A DNA stretch of 64,000 nucleotides, taken from Candidatus Bathyarchaeota archaeon. Its GTDB lineage: Archaea; Thermoproteota; Bathyarchaeia; Bathyarchaeales; DTEX01. Positions 56,109 through 64,000 of the stretch are shown one piece after another. The notes beneath the pieces were generated by a model that saw only the letters and a program-made list of their open reading frames with translations, made no database searches and was not told the DNA's origin. Numbering within the stretch: position 1 is the first letter of the stretch; the number at the start of each line of letters is the position of its first letter. The stretch lies in the NCBI GenBank assembly GCA_018396995.1, contig JAGTQB010000002.1, forward strand, positions 71,495 through 135,494, in the 5' to 3' direction. Position numbers and translations under genes: made by a program.

Positions 56109-57566
56109 CTAGTATGCTATTTCGCTGAGTAAGCCGCGTATACAATCCTTTATTGATTGTAGGAGGGGATGCTTTACTTTATGCAGCTTTACGCTCTCAA
56201 GTCTCTCTATCCTGAATGATAGTGGTGGGTGGGGATCCATTCCAAGCCATGCACCAATTATGTTCGTGTTCCTCTCGAAGAGAAGGCGCCTATAGCCTAT
56301 CTTTCTGAGAGCATTTGCTAGCGCATCCGCCTTCCCAAGAACGATGGCTGATTCTAAATCCGCTCTAGCCTCAAAAAACTTTGCGATGAAATATATGACT
56401 GTTAATGCGAAGAACAGATATAGGAAACCGAATAGAGTGACTAAATAGGGCAGATAACGCAAGACAACATAGACTCTGAGCAGATATTCAGATGAGGCAA
56501 GTAGGAAGAATATGAGGGGATCCCTCCCCTTAACATGACTTATCTCGTGCCCTAAAACTGCTGATATCTCCTCTTCATCAAGTTGGATGAGGAGCCCACT
56601 GGTTATTAGGACAAGACTAGAGCGGGGTCTCGGCCCTGTTGCGGCCGCATTTGGAATTATTATGTTTGCAACGGCTATTTTTGGTGTAGGCATACCAAAC
56701 TTCTTGGCAACATCATCAACAATTCTGTAAATATCTATACTTTTTATAAGGAGGTTTTCAGGTCTAATTCTTATACCATATTTTAGGAAGACTTCTTGAA
56801 CCGTTTCGCTGTCAATAGTTTTTCTAATAGCCATGGTTCTTTCATAAATTTCCCTCTTAATCTGGAGGAGTTTCTCTTTAGGATAATTCTGCTTAATAAA
56901 TTCTAAATCCTCTGGAGGAATGTGATACTGCAGTATATATACTTTTGAGTTCTCTCTTGTGATGAGCCAGTCGCCCATCTGCATTACAATTTTATCCGCA
57001 AATAGGACAAGGATAAACTGCGATAACAATAGGAGTAATGGAGCATATTCTAGAATGCCAAGGATCCAGGCTACAGAGAACATAAAGTAGCTGAAGAGGA
57101 GAAAAATAATAAATAGTAATAGCATATTGCCAGTAAATATTTGGCTAAGAATTTTTTTCCTCTGCGTGAGTGCTTTCTCATCTACGAGGCGCTTCTCCGG
57201 ACCCCACACAAAGTATAATGTTCTTCTTCTAATCTCGTCCTCAAACATTTGAATGGTGATAATTAGGTCCTCTTTTATTCTATTCAATACCTCAGGGGGG
57301 ACATTAGGGCCGCTTGGCTTTATTTTAATCTCCATTGGCTCCCCTGACGTTATCTCAACATCAACATACCAAAAGTTGCTCGGCCCGAGGAGGGTGAATG
57401 CTAAAGTTTCTTTCCCATTAATGATCCAGCGTCTAACATTTGCAAATCTGTGGTAGTAGGGGACGATATATTTTCGATAGATAAATAAGAGTAGATCACT
57501 ATGATAGGCTGGCGAAACCTCTACATGAAGCATAAATAGAATTTCTTCCTGAGTCTTTATCTCCAT
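56109..57566 (-). CDS. M48-family Zn metalloprotease (HtpX-like) with N-terminal extension
   Basis: HEISHV zinc motif flanked by TM helices. Confidence 0.8.
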   Translation of the reverse strand: MEIKTQEEILFMLHVEVSPAYHSDLLLFIYRKYIVPYYHRFANVRRWIINGKETLAFTLLGPSNFWYVDVEITSGEPMEIKIKPSGPNVPPEVLNRIKEDLIITIQMFEDEIRRRTLYFVWGPEKRLVDEKALTQRKKILSQIFTGNMLLLFIIFLLFSYFMFSVAWILGILEYAPLLLLLSQFILVLFADKIVMQMGDWLITRENSKVYILQYHIPPEDLEFIKQNYPKEKLLQIKREIYERTMAIRKTIDSETVQEVFLKYGIRIRPENLLIKSIDIYRIVDDVAKKFGMPTPKIAVANIIIPNAAATGPRPRSSLVLITSGLLIQLDEEEISAVLGHEISHVKGRDPLIFFLLASSEYLLRVYVVLRYLPYLVTLFGFLYLFFALTVIYFIAKFFEARADLESAIVLGKADALANALRKIGYRRLLFERNTNIIGAWLGMDPHPPLSFRIERLESVKLHKVKHPLLQSIKDCIRGLLSEIAY

Positions 57567-57740
57567 CGCTCTTCAATAATCTCCCTTACTTTAATTAAGA
57601 GGATATGTCTCTCCTCTCTATTAAATATGCTTCTCAAGGTTAAGAGTTTTTGTACGCTCAATACTTTTAAACTTTAACGATAACATTTTTATGGATAAAT
57701 AATGAAAATGGTATTAGCCTAAGAGCGCCGGGATGAACAT

Positions 57741-57989
57741 ATGGAGCCGAGTAAGAAGCCATTAAATGTGCTAATAAAACAGTTGAATTCCTATATTGGC
57801 GTCACATTGAAGAATAACGTGGAGTATAGGGGGATAATGGTACACTGTGACAATTACATGAACATTATATTGGAGAAGGCTGAGGAATATAATGGCGACA
57901 AACCAATTGCAAACTATGGTAGGGTTTTGGTTAGGGGAAGCAACATATTATATATAACGCTGTCCTTCCCGCAGAAGAAGGAACAATAA
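57741..57989 (+). CDS. Sm-like archaeal protein (SmAP/LSm)
   Basis: Sm1/Sm2 motifs (IGVTLKNNVEYRGIMVHCDNYMNIIL ... RVLVRGSNILYI). Confidence 0.9.
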   Translation: MEPSKKPLNVLIKQLNSYIGVTLKNNVEYRGIMVHCDNYMNIILEKAEEYNGDKPIANYGRVLVRGSNILYITLSFPQKKEQ

Positions 57990-58061
57990 AAGTAGTGATA
58001 TTAGGAGAAACGAGGCTGAGATCATCTAGAAATAATTTCAACATTGGGTAGTTTTTGGGAA

Positions 58062-58667
58062 TCAATCTTGCTGCAAGTTCATCTGCGAAAGTGTATAGTA
58101 GACTATTTCCCCCCTCCTATTAACTACGGCGAGTATAAGTGTCTTCTTTAAGTTTTGGGAGCGCATCAAGACTTGTGTTAGGTCTTCAATGGATAGAGCC
58201 ATCCCCTCATAAACTCCATAAACTATATAGTCCGCAGCATCCTTGCTATATTCGCCCCTTCCATACAGCCTAAAATCTACACCTAAGCCAAACCCCTCCC
58301 TAACAACATATCCCCTGCTCCTTAAATCACGGTAAATTAAATATTTAATCCAAGCATTTCTCTCAACAGATTTATATTTCTCCAGAAGATCCTGAAAACT
58401 TAGGTAGTTGCCAGTTTTTTCATCGAGAACCTTAATTACTCCCTTACTATGTAAGTACATTGCTTCATAGAACGTTAAGTACAATCCTTCATCTCTATGG
58501 GTGCCATAGCCTTTAGATTGCAGTCTTTCTGAGTCCTCAGGGGATTTGACTAGGACTCCATCATCTTTGAGGACGGCTTCGATAACTTTCCTGCCAGACT
58601 CCTCCTTCTCATTCTTAAGCAGAATATCACCACCCAAGCTACGTATCTCCTCCGGCGAGTGCACCAA
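58062..58667 (-). CDS. endA: tRNA-splicing endonuclease family subunit, catalytic His not conserved (probable structural subunit)
   Basis: YLIYRDLRSRGYVVREGFGLGVDFRLYGRG...LKKTLILAVVNRRGEIVYY aligns with M. jannaschii EndA as I remember it. The EHS(V/K)Y His position reads AADY. Confidence 0.8.
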   Translation of the reverse strand: MVHSPEEIRSLGGDILLKNEKEESGRKVIEAVLKDDGVLVKSPEDSERLQSKGYGTHRDEGLYLTFYEAMYLHSKGVIKVLDEKTGNYLSFQDLLEKYKSVERNAWIKYLIYRDLRSRGYVVREGFGLGVDFRLYGRGEYSKDAADYIVYGVYEGMALSIEDLTQVLMRSQNLKKTLILAVVNRRGEIVYYTLSQMNLQQD

Positions 58668-59670
58668 ATTTTTCTCTCGTAATTATCCCTTTTTCACATA
58701 TTATGGCACTAACATATTTTATTGGCGTTATATCGAAGGCTGGGTTAAGTGCGGGGATGCCGAGTGGAGCAATGCGCTCTGATCCTACATTAGTTACCTC
58801 TTCCGGGGGGCGCTCTTCTATTATTACGTCTCTAGATGTTGACTTAAGGTCGAATGTTGATAGGGGGGCTGCGACGTAGAATGGAATACTATGCTCATGC
58901 GCGAGCACTGCAATCGTGTATGTTCCTATCTTGTTTATTACGGCGTCACAAACTATTCTGTCAGCACCAACTATAACTTTGTTAACAAGCCCTTTATACA
59001 TAACATACCCAGCCATATTATCGGTTATTAGTGTTACTGGAATGCCATCACGCATCAGCTCATAAGCTGTTAACCTAGCTCCCTGTAGTTTCGGTCTAGT
59101 TTCAGTGGCTATCACTTTTATGCGCTTTCCCTTCTCCCATGCCACGCGAATAATAGATAAGGCTGTTCCATAATCTACTGTGGCTAACCTTCCGGCATTA
59201 CAATGCGTTAGGACTGTGTCACCATCCTCTAACAGTTCTGAGCCATACTCCCCGATCCTTTTGTTAACTTCTACATCCTCATCAGCTATGCGCTGCGCTT
59301 CTTCAATAACTATGTGCCTTAATTCTTCTACTCCGCCTGTAGAAGATTTAACCTTGTTTAGTATTCGGTCTATAGCCCAAAATAGGTTAACTGCGGTTGG
59401 CCTAGTCTCCTTAAGCATATTAGCCGATAACTCGATTTCCCTCAGTAGCTCCTCAACGCTTCTTGCTTTTGAGTGGTATGCTGTTAGCGCTAGGCCGTAT
59501 GCCGCCATAACGCCTATTAGTGGAGCCCCTCGAACCCTCATCTCTTTAATGGCGGTAGCAACCTCGTTACAGCTCCTCAGCTTAATCCACTCTTCTTTAT
59601 GTGGAAGCATCGTTTGGTCAATGGTGACCACAACACCATTCTCCCATCTAACTGTCCTCATAGTGGTCAA
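58639..59670 (-). CDS. mtnA: methylthioribose-1-phosphate isomerase / eIF-2B alpha-beta-delta family
   Basis: RTVRWENGVVVTIDQTMLP...MRVRGAPLIG...THCNAG...GADRI. Confidence 0.85.
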   Translation of the reverse strand: MTTMRTVRWENGVVVTIDQTMLPHKEEWIKLRSCNEVATAIKEMRVRGAPLIGVMAAYGLALTAYHSKARSVEELLREIELSANMLKETRPTAVNLFWAIDRILNKVKSSTGGVEELRHIVIEEAQRIADEDVEVNKRIGEYGSELLEDGDTVLTHCNAGRLATVDYGTALSIIRVAWEKGKRIKVIATETRPKLQGARLTAYELMRDGIPVTLITDNMAGYVMYKGLVNKVIVGADRIVCDAVINKIGTYTIAVLAHEHSIPFYVAAPLSTFDLKSTSRDVIIEERPPEEVTNVGSERIAPLGIPALNPAFDITPIKYVSAIICEKGIITREKFGALAGGDT

Positions 59671-59697
59671 CCCAACTGCTCTATGAAAATTAAAAGA

Positions 59698-60093
59698 TCA
59701 CCTAACCTTATGAAATAGGATTGCTTCAATAACTACGAGCGCTATCACTAATAGCATCACACCAATAGCAATAAGCGTGTGTGCTTGATTTGGGTTATGC
59801 CTATATCTTATACTTCTATAAATTAATATCAATCCTATTGTTCCCAAGGTATAAGTCAGCATTATAGCTATGCCCTCAGCCGGAGTCTGGTCGTGTATCC
59901 CAGGATATATTATTAAGCCTCTATAATATGGTGCGGCTTCTATCATAGGCATAAAGATGAGATATATCCCCCCACTAATTAAAAAGATCGTAAGTAAAAA
60001 CAAGGTTACCGCTATAAGGCGTGGGGACGGCTGATACTTAATTATTTTTGTGAGTTTCTTCTGAAGACTATGTGATGAGAAATTCCTAGGCAT
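59698..60093 (-). CDS. hypothetical 3-TM membrane protein
   Basis: 131-aa ORF with three hydrophobic helices, divergent from the aglB unit. Confidence 0.4.
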   Translation of the reverse strand: MPRNFSSHSLQKKLTKIIKYQPSPRLIAVTLFLLTIFLISGGIYLIFMPMIEAAPYYRGLIIYPGIHDQTPAEGIAIMLTYTLGTIGLILIYRSIRYRHNPNQAHTLIAIGVMLLVIALVVIEAILFHKVR

Positions 60094-60209
60094 TTTTTAT
60101 CCGGCACCACCACTTAAAGATAGAGGATGAATGAGATTTAAGTATTGCTGGAAACTAATACAATTTTAGCCTAAAACGTTATCTAAATGATATTAATTAT
60201 CTTTTTAAG

Positions 60210-60407
60210 TTGGTGAGCTTAATGCCTCAAAAAGTGCTCTGTGACGGTTGCGGAGAAACCCTTTATGAAGGCTACGAAATAAAGTCTCCGGAAGAAATTT
60301 ATGAGACTTATAACGGTAGGTGTCCTAAATGCGGCAAAAAATTACTCTTAATACCAAAAAGAGTTGAAATTTTACCAGCAAGAGATTCCCTGAGGAGTAG
60401 TCAATAA
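60210..60407 (+). CDS. zinc-ribbon protein (CxxC...CxxC)
   Basis: CDGCG...CPKCGKK. It ends 17 nt before the aglB ORF. Confidence 0.4.
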   Translation: MVSLMPQKVLCDGCGETLYEGYEIKSPEEIYETYNGRCPKCGKKLLLIPKRVEILPARDSLRSSQ

Positions 60408-60423
60408 TAAATAGGTTGAGAGC

Positions 60424-62694
60424 TTGATTGCTTATAAAGCTGGGGAAAGTGGTGCCGAGATGAGAGCTACCAAGTTAATAAGGTTCCTTGGTAATGAAAT
60501 ACGTAAAGTTCTCTCTTATAGGCTTGAGATTAAGCATTCATCCATCATAAGGTTCTCCCTCATTTCAATAATCATAATGTTGGCTATTGGACTTAGAGTG
60601 CTCCCCCTTCCCTGGGGTTTCTACCTGAATGAGTTTGATCCATACTTCCATTACTACTCAGCAAAATATATATTGGAGAATGGGCTCTCATCATTTTTCT
60701 CTTGGCATGACTGGGCGGGCTGGTGGCCCTACGGCCGCTATATGCCAAGCTTAGCCAATATGGGCTTATCGTTAACTGCCGTCACACTCTATGGAATCCT
60801 CCAAGTTTTAGGGATTCCACTTGTTTCCACCTCAAACCCCTTAAGCCCGCTGCACTCTGATCCACTCTTCAATTTATGCGTAATCTTCCCAATCTTAGCT
60901 TCCGTGATAACATGTATCTTAGCGTATTTTCTTGGGAGGAGTCTTGGAGGAGATATTGTTGGTCTACTATCAGCCTTACTCTTAGCGTTAGATCCAGCCT
61001 ACATCGGCAGAACTTCTCTCGGATGGTTTGATGATGAGACAGTTGGCATATTATCCGTGTTATTAATCATTTTATCCTTCAGTAGGGCTATTGATGCTAA
61101 TAGGGTGTTAAAGAATAGCCTTATATATTCTATTCTCACGGGCCTATCACTCGGCTACCTCTGCATATCGTGGGGTGCGGCCCGCTACCTCATAGGTATA
61201 TTAGTTATATTCACAATAGTGTTGCTCCTCATGAGGAAATACACGCCCCGCCTCCTCACATCATATACATTGACGTTTGTTATCGCCCTTACAATAGCTG
61301 CTTCAAGCCCACGTCTTGGTGTAAGCTTCATGCTAGAGAGCTTTAATCTAGCAGTTTATGGCACCTTTATTTTGCTTCTAATGGCTGAAGTGCTTAGGCG
61401 GGAGAAAACTGGAAGAAAGAAGATTCTTTACGCTCTTGTATTCATTGTAGTATTAATAGCCGCCTTCGCCTCCCTAACGATGACTGGGGTTGTGAGGGAC
61501 TTAGGCAAAAAATTCGTTTATGCGATTCTCCCACATCTACGCTCGGAGAACCCACTCTTTGAGTCCGTTGCTGAGCACAAGCCCTCTGGATGGGCAACCT
61601 TTTATAACAGCTTTGGACCGGGTCTAATTTTCATACCAGTAGGCATTTTCTTTGCAGTTCTCTCAGCCACAAATCTAAGCTTACTCCTCAGCTTATATTG
61701 TCTAACATCTATTTACTTTGCGAGTTCAATGATTAGGCTACTTATCCTAGCTTCGCCAGCGGTATGCATGCTCTGGGCGCTGGCCATAAAAAAGATTTCC
61801 TTACCACTAGTTTCACAAGTAAGGGAAGAGACGAGACTTCTTAAGCGTAAGGTGAAGGTTAAGCCTATCAGTAAGGAGGTTATTGGTGGGATTCTTGTCC
61901 TCTTCCTCATAATATTTATCTTAGTATATATTTTAGGAACAACGTTCTCAGGGTCTGCTCTACTATCGTATGCTGATGCACCAACAGCAATATCAGGGGC
62001 AAGTCTGTCAGTTAAACCATCATCAACTGTTAGGGATTGGATAGATACATTGATATGGATGCGCGATAACCTCCCACCATCTCCCAGGAAGCCCGGGGAG
62101 AATGGAACTGTTGTAGCCTCATGGTGGGACTACGGCTACTGGATAACAGTATTCGCTAATAAAACGACGCTTGCGGATAATGGAACAATAAATGGCACAC
62201 AGATACAACAGATTGGGAGAATGTTCATGTCAAATGAGACTGAGGCTGTAGAGATACTTAAGCGATATAACGTAACACATGTGGTTGTCTTCGTAACCTT
62301 CCACTTAGATGTGGCGAGGTGGTGGGGTCCGGAATATGCGCTCTATTATGGCGGCGCTTACGGCGGGGATAATGGCAAGTGGAGGTGGATGGCCCTTATA
62401 CCTGGCCTTAGCGATAGAGATTTTGGAAACATCACTCTTGGATGGGACTGGGTAGACAAGAATAATAATAGGCAACTGGATTTCGGGGAATTTGTACCAA
62501 ACAGTCTAGGCCAGAATACAACATTATATAAGCTAATGATGTATGGAATAGAAATGGCAACCTTAGGGTTCTCGAGAGTAAGCATGAGCCACTTCAAGAA
62601 AGCATACTTCTCGAGAGAATATCCAATATACTCGGTTCCAGAGACAAACAATATTGTACCACTAGTCTGTGTATATGAAGTGATCTATGACTAA
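60424..62694 (+). CDS. aglB: oligosaccharyltransferase AglB/STT3
   Basis: About 13 TM N-terminal domain and the catalytic WWDYGYW motif. The ATG at 60460 is a likely start. Confidence 0.9.
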   Translation: MIAYKAGESGAEMRATKLIRFLGNEIRKVLSYRLEIKHSSIIRFSLISIIIMLAIGLRVLPLPWGFYLNEFDPYFHYYSAKYILENGLSSFFSWHDWAGWWPYGRYMPSLANMGLSLTAVTLYGILQVLGIPLVSTSNPLSPLHSDPLFNLCVIFPILASVITCILAYFLGRSLGGDIVGLLSALLLALDPAYIGRTSLGWFDDETVGILSVLLIILSFSRAIDANRVLKNSLIYSILTGLSLGYLCISWGAARYLIGILVIFTIVLLLMRKYTPRLLTSYTLTFVIALTIAASSPRLGVSFMLESFNLAVYGTFILLLMAEVLRREKTGRKKILYALVFIVVLIAAFASLTMTGVVRDLGKKFVYAILPHLRSENPLFESVAEHKPSGWATFYNSFGPGLIFIPVGIFFAVLSATNLSLLLSLYCLTSIYFASSMIRLLILASPAVCMLWALAIKKISLPLVSQVREETRLLKRKVKVKPISKEVIGGILVLFLIIFILVYILGTTFSGSALLSYADAPTAISGASLSVKPSSTVRDWIDTLIWMRDNLPPSPRKPGENGTVVASWWDYGYWITVFANKTTLADNGTINGTQIQQIGRMFMSNETEAVEILKRYNVTHVVVFVTFHLDVARWWGPEYALYYGGAYGGDNGKWRWMALIPGLSDRDFGNITLGWDWVDKNNNRQLDFGEFVPNSLGQNTTLYKLMMYGIEMATLGFSRVSMSHFKKAYFSREYPIYSVPETNNIVPLVCVYEVIYD

Positions 62695-62730
62695 ACGTTT
62701 TTAGAAAACTTTTAACCATAATAATTGTAG

Positions 62731-62830
62731 GGACCCGTGGCCTAGCCAGGATTAAGGCACCGAGCCATAAAAGTGGCGTGTATGCCTCCGGAGCCGGGGA
62801 TCCCGGGTTCAAATCCCGGCGGGTCCGCCA
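62731..62830 (+). tRNA. tRNA-Arg(CCG) with a 21-nt intron at non-canonical position 29/30 (intron 62763..62783), CCA encoded
   Basis: Hand-folded. The spliced anticodon arm CCG|GC-CTCCGGA-GCCGG pairs only after intron removal. The junctions sit in 3-nt bulges around the 4-bp helix GCAC/GTGT, with intron hairpin GCCA(T)-AAAA-(G)TGGC. Confidence 0.8.
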
Positions 62831-63036
62831 AACAATTATTTTCTTCTGTATAGATTGATAAACTTGAGGTTGTTCTTATGCTCCGGGAACGTTACGGAGA
62901 ATGCTTTAATTTTCACATGAAACTCTGCTTATAAATGCCTTGGAAGAGATTTTTATTGGTGATAAGCTCTAAAGTGAGGGATAAAAGTTGCTTGAGTTTC
63001 ATAAAGTGTTTTTTATGTTGCTGTATGCTTATCCAT

Positions 63037-63243
63037 TTAAGATGGGGCTTCTCTAATCTCACATTTAATTTGCTTCAATATTTCCTCAGCCTTAGCTGCA
63101 TCAACCTTAAGCGTATAGAGCATCTTTTTAGTCCTAAGCTTTAGCTTAACAATGTTCTCCTTCTTTAATTTCTTCACGATGCAGTAGCTTGCCTTCTCAG
63201 ACAACTCTATAAACTTTTTAACATCGAATATTTCGGCAGGCAT
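63037..63243 (-). CDS. rpl38e: 50S ribosomal protein eL38
   Basis: MPAEIFDVKKFIEL...IVKLKLRTKKMLYTLKVDAAKAEEILKQI parallels eukaryotic L38 (MPRKIEEIKDF...[29 protein letters not shown]). The frame-maximal start is a GTG at 63249. Confidence 0.8.
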   Translation of the reverse strand: MPAEIFDVKKFIELSEKASYCIVKKLKKENIVKLKLRTKKMLYTLKVDAAKAEEILKQIKCEIREAPS

Positions 63244-63269
63244 ACGCACACCGCCAATAATAAAGAGAA

Positions 63270-63623
63270 CTAGCTCGTTAGTAAAATATTATCTTTACTC
63301 TCTAGCCTTATAGCCTTAATTATTTCTCTGTAAAGACGCATATCTGAGACGTTCACTATAGGTATCTGCGCTCCCTTCTCAATCTCCAGGATTCGACTAT
63401 ACTTTGGGAAGCTTGCGTAGCAGAGCTGGCTTATATAGAATTCTCCTCTCTCAATCTCGTATTCAATAGACTTCTCATAAACCTCTAGGCATAAAAGGTA
63501 ACCCTCAGCCCAAAATAGCCTGGTTGCGCCAAACGTTATGGCACAGAAGCCAATGTTCTCTGGGTCACGTTTCTCAAGACCAAGGATAACTATTTTCCTC
63601 GTCGGCTTAATATCAATAATCAA
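63270..63623 (-). CDS. hypothetical protein
   Basis: 117-aa ORF upstream of rpl38e on the same strand. No motif recognised. Confidence 0.4.
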   Translation of the reverse strand: MIIDIKPTRKIVILGLEKRDPENIGFCAITFGATRLFWAEGYLLCLEVYEKSIEYEIERGEFYISQLCYASFPKYSRILEIEKGAQIPIVNVSDMRLYREIIKAIRLESKDNILLTS

Positions 63624-63850
63624 ATCTTACACCCATAAAGTGCAGCTATCCCTAAACAGAGTATACTATTTACAGTATTATATTACTACCCAAGCTTCCA
63701 GTTTATCTATTTTTCGCATCAATCAAATCTAAGTTAATATTGAATGAGCCGCTCCTTTAAGCTCGCTCATGATTTCCGGCGTAATGCATTAAGCTTAAAT
63801 TTAGATTTCGGGAGAATAAAATTTTCAATTATTTGGTAGGATGGGTGAAA

Positions 63851-64000
63851 ATGCGGGGATGGCGCGGTAAAATCCTAAGGGTGAATCTCTCGAAGGGGAA
63901 GGTTTTAACTGAAGAGTATGATGCTAACCTCGCGACAAAATATATTGGTGGGAGAGGATTCGCGGCAAGGATACTTTTCGACGAGCTGGAGCCTGGGATA
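63851..64000 (+). CDS. aldehyde:ferredoxin oxidoreductase (tungsten AOR family), 5' partial
   Basis: MRGWRGKILRVNLSKGKVLTEEYDANLATKYIGGRGFAARILFDE is the typical AOR N-terminus. The ORF runs off the window. Confidence 0.85.
   Translation, partial: MRGWRGKILRVNLSKGKVLTEEYDANLATKYIGGRGFAARILFDELEPGI

Noticed and set aside
62594-62812. 72-aa minus-strand ORF overlapping the end of aglB and the tRNA-Arg(CCG) gene
   Set aside because: It overlaps a well-folded tRNA and the aglB 3' end, with no motif. Spurious.
1-64000. Looked for CRISPR arrays, rRNA genes, transposases/IS elements and integrases
   Set aside because: I saw no regularly spaced short repeats, rRNA-like GC-rich segments, or DDE, tyrosine or serine recombinase motifs in any listed ORF.

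Overview
Archaeal chromosomal window, moderately AT-rich, with thermophile-like Lys/Glu/Ile/Arg-rich proteins. Three information-processing blocks (1-13.3 kb, 43-52 kb, 55-64 kb) flank a large redox/catabolic accessory region (13.6-43 kb).

Core genes:
- The conserved eS19 / PDCD5-like / eL39 / eL31 / aIF6 / LX / prefoldin-alpha / FtsY cluster.
- An rpoB / rpoA / eL30 / NusA / uS12 operon in which rpoA is a single unsplit 1277-aa gene.
- TFB, aSUI1, a GPN-loop GTPase and a four-subunit 2-oxoacid:ferredoxin oxidoreductase.
- The COG1900-CBS / NIL-ferredoxin / COG2122 homocysteine-synthesis trio.
- Archease, an Sm protein, an EndA homologue, MtnA, AglB/STT3 and eL38.

Strongest find: a circularly permuted tRNA-Arg(GCG) gene at 13448-13571 (minus strand), just upstream of rpoB. 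Its 3' half, ending in CCA, precedes the 5' half. Leader and trailer fold into a textbook bulge-helix-bulge at position 37/38, and the gene has its own TATA box and T-run terminator.

Related RNA-processing observations: its sister tRNA-Arg(CCG) at 62731-62830 carries a 21-nt intron at the non-canonical 29/30 position. The window also encodes an EndA homologue that lacks the catalytic His, plus archease.

Accessory region:
- An AprA/AprB-like flavoprotein-ferredoxin pair with a polyferredoxin.
- A tightly coupled six-gene operon: cupin, two PCMH-type flavoproteins, a CCG-domain Fe-S protein and two U32 proteins.
- An uncharacterised cupin family expanded to 7 domains in 4 genes, with gene-conversion tracts between two inverted paralogues.
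- VapBC, and a tRNA-Asp locus with a diverged duplicated tRNA-3'-end module.
- Two anchored surface proteins and an orphan molybdopterin oxidoreductase.

No CRISPR array, rRNA gene or recognisable transposase was seen. All homology calls come from reading motifs by eye; no database search was possible.
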